NCBI GenBank assembly: GCA_965242965.1
Contig: OZ251518.1
Span: forward strand, 3,072,001-3,136,000
Direction of reading: 5' to 3'
Length of the DNA stretch: 64,000 nt
Source of the DNA: Candidatus Poribacteria bacterium
Lineage (GTDB): Bacteria; Poribacteria; WGA-4E; WGA-3G
The notes beneath the pieces are model-generated. The model was not told the DNA's origin and did no database searches. It worked only from the letters and a program-made list of their open reading frames with translations. The translations under genes were made by a program, and so were the position numbers. Shown piece after piece: positions 58,913-64,000 of the stretch (positions within the stretch are counted from its first letter, which is position 1; every line of letters starts with the position of its first letter).

Positions 58913-59701
58913 CTAGACGCGCTCAATAAATTTTTCAAGGACGAGCGCAAAAGTCTCGCCGAGTTCCTTGTGCCGGCCGCTGAGTTCAGCGTAGACGGTT
59001 TTGAGAGCACCGTGGTCCTTCTGGATAGTATCCAATCGCACGTGGAGCGTGGAGATTTCCTGTTGCGCGTTGAGTTCGCGTTCTTGCGCTTCCCGTTGCG
59101 CGGCGGCGAACTTCTGCTGAAGTGTGAGATTGCGTTGTTGCTCGCCAGCGAGCTTAGCTTGCGTATCGGCCAGTTCCTCTTTCAGCGTTGCGATTTCGGC
59201 TTGCGCGGCGGCAAGTTCTGCTTTCACCGCGGTGAGTTCGGCTTGCGCCGTTGCGAGTTTGGCTTGTGCGGCGGCAAGTTCTTCTCTCGCCGTTGCGAGT
59301 TCGGTTTGCGCCGTTCGTGTGGCGGTGAGCTCCTGTTGTGTCGCACCGAGCTCCTGTTGTGCGGCGGCAAGTTCCTGCTGGAGCGCGTGATGCCGACGTT
59401 CGGCGAAGGCTTGGAAGTTTTTAAATTCCTGTTGCAGTGCCTTGTGTGCCTCCCGTAGCGCGTTGTGCTCTTCCTGCATCGCGGTGTGTGCCTCTAGCAA
59501 GGCACTGTATTTTTGCAGAAGGGTGCCCTGTTCCTCTCGGAGGGTATCGTGTCCCGCTCGGAGGGTGTCGTAGCCCTCTTGCATCGCGTCAAATCGTTTT
59601 TCAAGGGATTTTTGCGCCCGCCAGAGACGCGTCCAGGCAAAGATACCGATGCCTAATATACTAATATCAATTAAAGTGAAAGCGAAAAGGTTAAAATCCA
59701 T
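58913..59701 (-). CDS. Single-TM protein with a long heptad coiled coil
   Basis: N-terminal TM followed by (ELAAAQA/Q)n heptads from 21-nt repeats; AAGGAG RBS. Confidence 0.82.
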   Translation of the reverse strand: MDFNLFAFTLIDISILGIGIFAWTRLWRAQKSLEKRFDAMQEGYDTLRAGHDTLREEQGTLLQKYSALLEAHTAMQEEHNALREAHKALQQEFKNFQAFAERRHHALQQELAAAQQELGATQQELTATRTAQTELATAREELAAAQAKLATAQAELTAVKAELAAAQAEIATLKEELADTQAKLAGEQQRNLTLQQKFAAAQREAQERELNAQQEISTLHVRLDTIQKDHGALKTVYAELSGRHKELGETFALVLEKFIERV

Positions 59702-59758
59702 TTCATTCTCCTTGCGATGTTACGTCTCGCCTTAAGCGTGTTAGGGTTCTATTTTTAA

Positions 59759-59787
59759 AGTATAACATTTTCACAGATAGATGTCAA
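59759..59787 (-). promoter_or_regulatory. Sigma70-type promoter
   Basis: TTGACA (59787-59782)-17 nt-TATACT with extended TG. Confidence 0.72.
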
Positions 59788-59793
59788 GCTATT

Positions 59794-62700
59794 TTAGCGG
59801 CATAACGCAACTATCGCCGCAAGCGGCTGCGTCTCCGTAGTCGATTTGCATTTTTCGACTGCTTCATTACCGAGTTGTTCGCGGAGTTCCGTAATGGCAT
59901 GCTGCACTGCGCGCGCGTTTAAGTTACGCGCCGCATCGGTTTCAGTGTAGAGACGCTCGGCGGTGAGAAAAAGTAATAGACTTCGCTCAAAATCCCCCTC
60001 TGTCCGAGACAGCCGCCCGAATTGATAGAGGGAATCAGCAATCTCGCGGGAGTGTCCACTTTCTTGTCGGAGCTGCAGGCTTTCGGTGTAATAGTGCCGC
60101 GCGTCGTCAATTTTGCCCTGCCGTAGCGCGATTTTGCCGAGACTATCCAGCAGATAGGGGATGTTCGTCGTGGCGGCAGATTGCGCGACTTCCCGCGCCA
60201 CCTGCAGGCTTTCGGTGTAGTAGCGCGCCGCATCGGTATCGTTGCCTTGCTGATACGCAATCAACCCTAAATGACTCAACGAATAGGAGATGCCCTGTTT
60301 ATCGCCCAATTCGCGCTGCATCGCCAAACTCTCCGTGTGATAATTGACAGACTCCGCATACTCGCCTTGGCGATACGCAATCAATCCGAGGTGGTTGAGC
60401 GATGTCGCGATGCCGCGCTTATCGGCGAGCTCGCGGCGGATTTCAAGGCTTTCGGTATGGTAACGCTTCGCCGCCTCATGTTCGCCTTGCTGATTCACCG
60501 TTTTTCCCAGATTGTTGAGCGAATAGGCGATGCCGCGTTTATCCCCCAATTCGCGCGCTAGTTGAAGACTTTCTGTGTAAAGTTGTTGCGCAGCCTCATA
60601 TCGGCGGTGGATGTATGCCGTGAGTCCGAGGTTATCTAACGCGTAAGCGATGAGCCATTTATCGCCGAGTGCCTTCGCGATGGCAAGACTCTCCTCGAAA
60701 TGCGCGTCTGCCTCTTCGGGTGTGCCCTGATACCGCGCAATAATGCCGAGAAGGTTCAACGCTGTGGCAATACCGTGACGATGCCCAGACGTTCGGAATA
60801 GTTGTAACCCCTCTTCGCACAATGCCCTCGCCGTTTCGCACTGCTGTTGGGTGTTATAGAATTTTGCGAGGGAGACGAGGACGTGCGCTAAGGTGTCTTC
60901 CAATTGTTCAGGAAGCGATGCCAAAGCGGTTTTTGCTTGTTGCAGCCACGTTACGCCTTCACCCCACAGCCCACGGACATAGAAAAACTGCGTGAGTGCC
61001 ACGGCGAATTCGCTGAACAGGTGCCACGCCTCGCTAGCGGTAAGGAATGCCATCGCGGCGCGGAAGTTATCCAATTCTAGTGCCATCTCCGACAGCGCGG
61101 CTGTCTGTTCCGCGCCCTGCAGTTTTTCGTCTAATGCCTGTGCAAGCGCGAGATAATACCGCGCATGCGCCTCGCGGAACGCATCGGTGGCATCTTGTTT
61201 CTCACGCAGGTAGAGTTGCAACGGGACGGAGAGGCGATACCGGGTGCCTGTCGTGATGAGCAACGATTTGTCGTGTAAACTGAAGATTAAGTCCAGTGTG
61301 TTAGAGGAAGCGGAGTTACCCTCGTCTACCGAAGGCGAACAGATGGCTTCTGCTGCTTCTAACGAAAATCCGCCGGAAAAGTGAGATAACTGCCCCAGTA
61401 ACCGCTGTTCCTCCGCCGATAAAAGTCCGAAGGACCAGGACATCACCGCCCTCAGCGTCTGGTGGCGCGCCGGCACATCCTGATTCGGCGTGGAAAGGAA
61501 TGCCAGTTGCGTTGAAAGCCGACTTAAGATGTTTTGCGGTGTCATCCCGCGCACGCGCGCCGCGGCGAGCTCAATCGCTAGGGAAAGCCCATCCAGCGCA
61601 CGGCAGATAGCACCGATGGCATCTGCATTTTCTGCCGTTAACTTAAACTGTGGTGAAACCGCCTTCGCCCGCGCGAGGAAGAGTTGCACGCTCTCTGATT
61701 CCTGAAGCACTTCACATGCCGCGTCCTCAGAAGGCACCGATAACGGCGGCACCCTGAACGTTTGTTCTCCAGAAATTTGCAACACATGCCGCGAAGTGAC
61801 GAGGCATTGCACCTTCGGACAACTGCGCAGGAGCGTGTTGACTGGCATGGCGGCTTCCATCAGATGCTCAAAGTTGTCTAATACGAGTAGGAGTTCCTTT
61901 TCGGCGAGATATGCAACCACCTGCTGCATCACGTCGTGTGACGTTTTGAGGGGGATGGCGAGGGCAGCGGCTATTTCCGTAAGCATCAAGTCCGGTGATA
62001 CCAGAGCAGCGAGGGGAATAAACCATACGCCGTTACGGTAATGTTCGAGCAATTCCGCTGCGCTATGAAGAGCGAGCCGCGTTTTGCCAATGCCGCCCGC
62101 ACCGGTTAGTGTCAGGAGCCGCGTCTCTTCCGTAGTAAAATACCGCACAATCTCGGCGACTTCGGCTCCCCTGCCGATAAAACTGGACAGCGGAGTTGGC
62201 AGGTTATTCGGTAGCGTGTCAACTGTTTTGAGGCGCGGAAACTGGGCTGCCTCGGCGATACACACCTGAAAGATGCGTTCCGGATGCGATAGATTCTTGA
62301 GGCGGTGTTCGCCTAAATCGCGGAAGCTGCCTCTCGGAAAGTGTGCCTTGACAAGTTCGTGCGTTGCGGCGGAGAGCAGTATCTGTCCGCCGTGTCCGGC
62401 ATCGGTGATGCGTTTGGTAAGGTTCGCGGGCATCCCCTGAATTTCACGGTGTTTGCCATCTCCGAGGAAAATCAGTTCGCCGGTGTGAATGCCGATACGC
62501 ACCTTTACCTTGCCGACGGCTTCGGGCCAGGGATGTACTTCAAGTGCTTCCTGCACATCAACGGCGCATTGGACAGCGGCACTGCCGGTATCGAAGAGAA
62601 AAGAGAAGGCATCGCCTTCATTGCCGAGTTCTTGTCCGTTCCACTCGGCTGCGGCTGTCTGCAAAATCGCTTTGTGTGCGGCGAGGACATCCAAGACGAC

Positions 62701-62805
62701 TGCCTCCGGGTGGTGTTCCCAGAGCAGCGTTGAACCCTCCATGTCGGTAAACATGAGGGTGCAGGTGCGGCTTTGCGGCTGTGGGGGCAAGTTGCGTTCT
62801 GACAC
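59794..62805 (-). CDS. Class III nucleotide cyclase-STAND ATPase-TPR protein
   Basis: FTDMEGST, EGDAF, RIGIHTG, ANLTKRI; Walker A GAGGIGKT, Walker B LLVLDNFEH, LAIELAAAR; about eight 40-aa TPRs; start likely GTG 62805. Confidence 0.92.
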   Translation of the reverse strand: MSERNLPPQPQSRTCTLMFTDMEGSTLLWEHHPEAVVLDVLAAHKAILQTAAAEWNGQELGNEGDAFSFLFDTGSAAVQCAVDVQEALEVHPWPEAVGKVKVRIGIHTGELIFLGDGKHREIQGMPANLTKRITDAGHGGQILLSAATHELVKAHFPRGSFRDLGEHRLKNLSHPERIFQVCIAEAAQFPRLKTVDTLPNNLPTPLSSFIGRGAEVAEIVRYFTTEETRLLTLTGAGGIGKTRLALHSAAELLEHYRNGVWFIPLAALVSPDLMLTEIAAALAIPLKTSHDVMQQVVAYLAEKELLLVLDNFEHLMEAAMPVNTLLRSCPKVQCLVTSRHVLQISGEQTFRVPPLSVPSEDAACEVLQESESVQLFLARAKAVSPQFKLTAENADAIGAICRALDGLSLAIELAAARVRGMTPQNILSRLSTQLAFLSTPNQDVPARHQTLRAVMSWSFGLLSAEEQRLLGQLSHFSGGFSLEAAEAICSPSVDEGNSASSNTLDLIFSLHDKSLLITTGTRYRLSVPLQLYLREKQDATDAFREAHARYYLALAQALDEKLQGAEQTAALSEMALELDNFRAAMAFLTASEAWHLFSEFAVALTQFFYVRGLWGEGVTWLQQAKTALASLPEQLEDTLAHVLVSLAKFYNTQQQCETARALCEEGLQLFRTSGHRHGIATALNLLGIIARYQGTPEEADAHFEESLAIAKALGDKWLIAYALDNLGLTAYIHRRYEAAQQLYTESLQLARELGDKRGIAYSLNNLGKTVNQQGEHEAAKRYHTESLEIRRELADKRGIATSLNHLGLIAYRQGEYAESVNYHTESLAMQRELGDKQGISYSLSHLGLIAYQQGNDTDAARYYTESLQVAREVAQSAATTNIPYLLDSLGKIALRQGKIDDARHYYTESLQLRQESGHSREIADSLYQFGRLSRTEGDFERSLLLFLTAERLYTETDAARNLNARAVQHAITELREQLGNEAVEKCKSTTETQPLAAIVALCR

Positions 62806-62809
62806 GAAA

Positions 62810-63982
62810 TTATCCTGCGGAAACAATCAAACCGACTAGCAGTGCCATGCCGTAAACCATGCAGGTTTCGTCAATATCAAACTGCGGATGATGGCACATA
62901 TTGACGATGCCTTTCTGTTCATTTCCCGCGCCTACCATGATGAAACAGGCTGGAATTTCCTGCGAATAGCAGCCGAAATCCTCGCCGCCGAGCACCGGGG
63001 GCATCGGGAAAACGATGTTATCTGCTCCAACTAACTGGCGCGCAGCTGACAGTGCAGCGGTTACACACGGTTCATGGTTGTAGGTGACAGGGCATCCTTC
63101 CTGATAGGCGAATGTGTATGTGGCGTTGTGTGCCGCTGTCAACCCAGCGAGGCGGTTCTCTAGTTCTGCTTTGACGCGCGTCTGCACGCTCTTTTGCAGC
63201 GTGCGCACAGTCCCCCCGATTTGCACGGAGGCAGGGATGACGTTCTTAGCATCGCCGCCGTGGAATTGCGTCACGCTGACGACTGCGGCATCCAGCGGAT
63301 TCACGTTCCGTGCGACGATGGATTGCACCGCCGTGACAAACTGCGCGCCGATAACCACCGAATCCACGGTGAGATGCGGGAACGCGGCATGCCCACCTTT
63401 GCCGGTGAGTGTTATCTCGAAGATATCCGATTGCGCCAGCATCGGGCCGGTGCAAGTAGCATAGTGCCCGACAGGAAAGAGCGGAAAAACGTGGAGTCCG
63501 TATATTTCGTCCACGTCTTCCAGCACACCGTCTGCCATCATCGCTGTCGCGCCGCCGGGGAATACCTCCTCGCTCGGTTGGAAAACGAATCTGACGTGTG
63601 CTTGGAGTTGGTTTCTGAAGTGTGAGAGAATTCTCGCCGCGCCGATGAGCATCGCCGTGTGCGCGTCGTGTCCACAGAGATGCGCCTTGCCATCGAACTT
63701 TGATTTGTAAGGTTTCTCAGTGTGTTCCTGAATTGGCAGCGCGTCCATATCTGCGCGGAGGGCAATCCGTTTGGTTGCGCCCGGCACTTCCAAATCGCCG
63801 ACGACACCTGTCCTGCCGATACCGGTTCTCACGGGTATATCAAGCGCGCGCAGGGCATCCGCTGCGATACCCGCCGTGCGTTCCACGTCAAATCCCAATT
63901 CGGGGTGCTGATGAATATCGCGTCTGATGGCGACAATGTCATTGAAATGGCGGTTGCACTGTTCAAAGATGCGTTTTTTCAT
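62810..63982 (-). CDS. M20D family amidohydrolase
   Basis: RRDIHQHPELG, LRADMDALP, HLCGHDAH, FQPSEE, GGHAA, GEDF, HHPQF. Confidence 0.95.
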   Translation of the reverse strand: MKKRIFEQCNRHFNDIVAIRRDIHQHPELGFDVERTAGIAADALRALDIPVRTGIGRTGVVGDLEVPGATKRIALRADMDALPIQEHTEKPYKSKFDGKAHLCGHDAHTAMLIGAARILSHFRNQLQAHVRFVFQPSEEVFPGGATAMMADGVLEDVDEIYGLHVFPLFPVGHYATCTGPMLAQSDIFEITLTGKGGHAAFPHLTVDSVVIGAQFVTAVQSIVARNVNPLDAAVVSVTQFHGGDAKNVIPASVQIGGTVRTLQKSVQTRVKAELENRLAGLTAAHNATYTFAYQEGCPVTYNHEPCVTAALSAARQLVGADNIVFPMPPVLGGEDFGCYSQEIPACFIMVGAGNEQKGIVNMCHHPQFDIDETCMVYGMALLVGLIVSAG

Positions 63983-64000
63983 AATAGCAGTTCCGTGTTT

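Overview
64 kb of a GC-rich, gene-dense bacterial chromosome. Three secreted LamG proteins (two complete ones ending in V-E-P-x-x-K-L-x-T-x-W-x-x-x-K), a bacterial-microcompartment satellite locus and many TPR proteins suggest Candidatus Poribacteria; this is inference, not proven. Housekeeping genes: msrP, gltB, ggt, lpdA, metK-ahcY, rpsA with a long acidic N-terminal extension, and acnA. There is a large partner-switching and two-component cluster (3 STAS, an RsbW-like kinase, an RR-PP2C, an RR, a PAS histidine kinase, a USP) and a cyclase-STAND-TPR protein. Most notable: (i) an operon joining an unclassified 1108-aa acidic envelope protein to an ExbB/TolQ carrying an extra N-terminal beta-sandwich domain and two ExbD, with no TonB in the window; (ii) about 30 GTAG-type REP hairpins, plus a TIR- and direct-repeat-bounded non-coding composite element built from REPs and a second palindromic module; (iii) an IS200/IS605 element with a dead tnpA and an intact, RuvC-II-rearranged TnpB lying between a sigma70-type promoter and the STAS operon; (iv) two independent 3'-end gene duplications that each create a stand-alone mini-gene from an internal RBS-ATG; (v) a papain-like peptidase interrupted by one amber codon plus a partner gene. 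No rRNA, tRNA or CRISPR array was seen.
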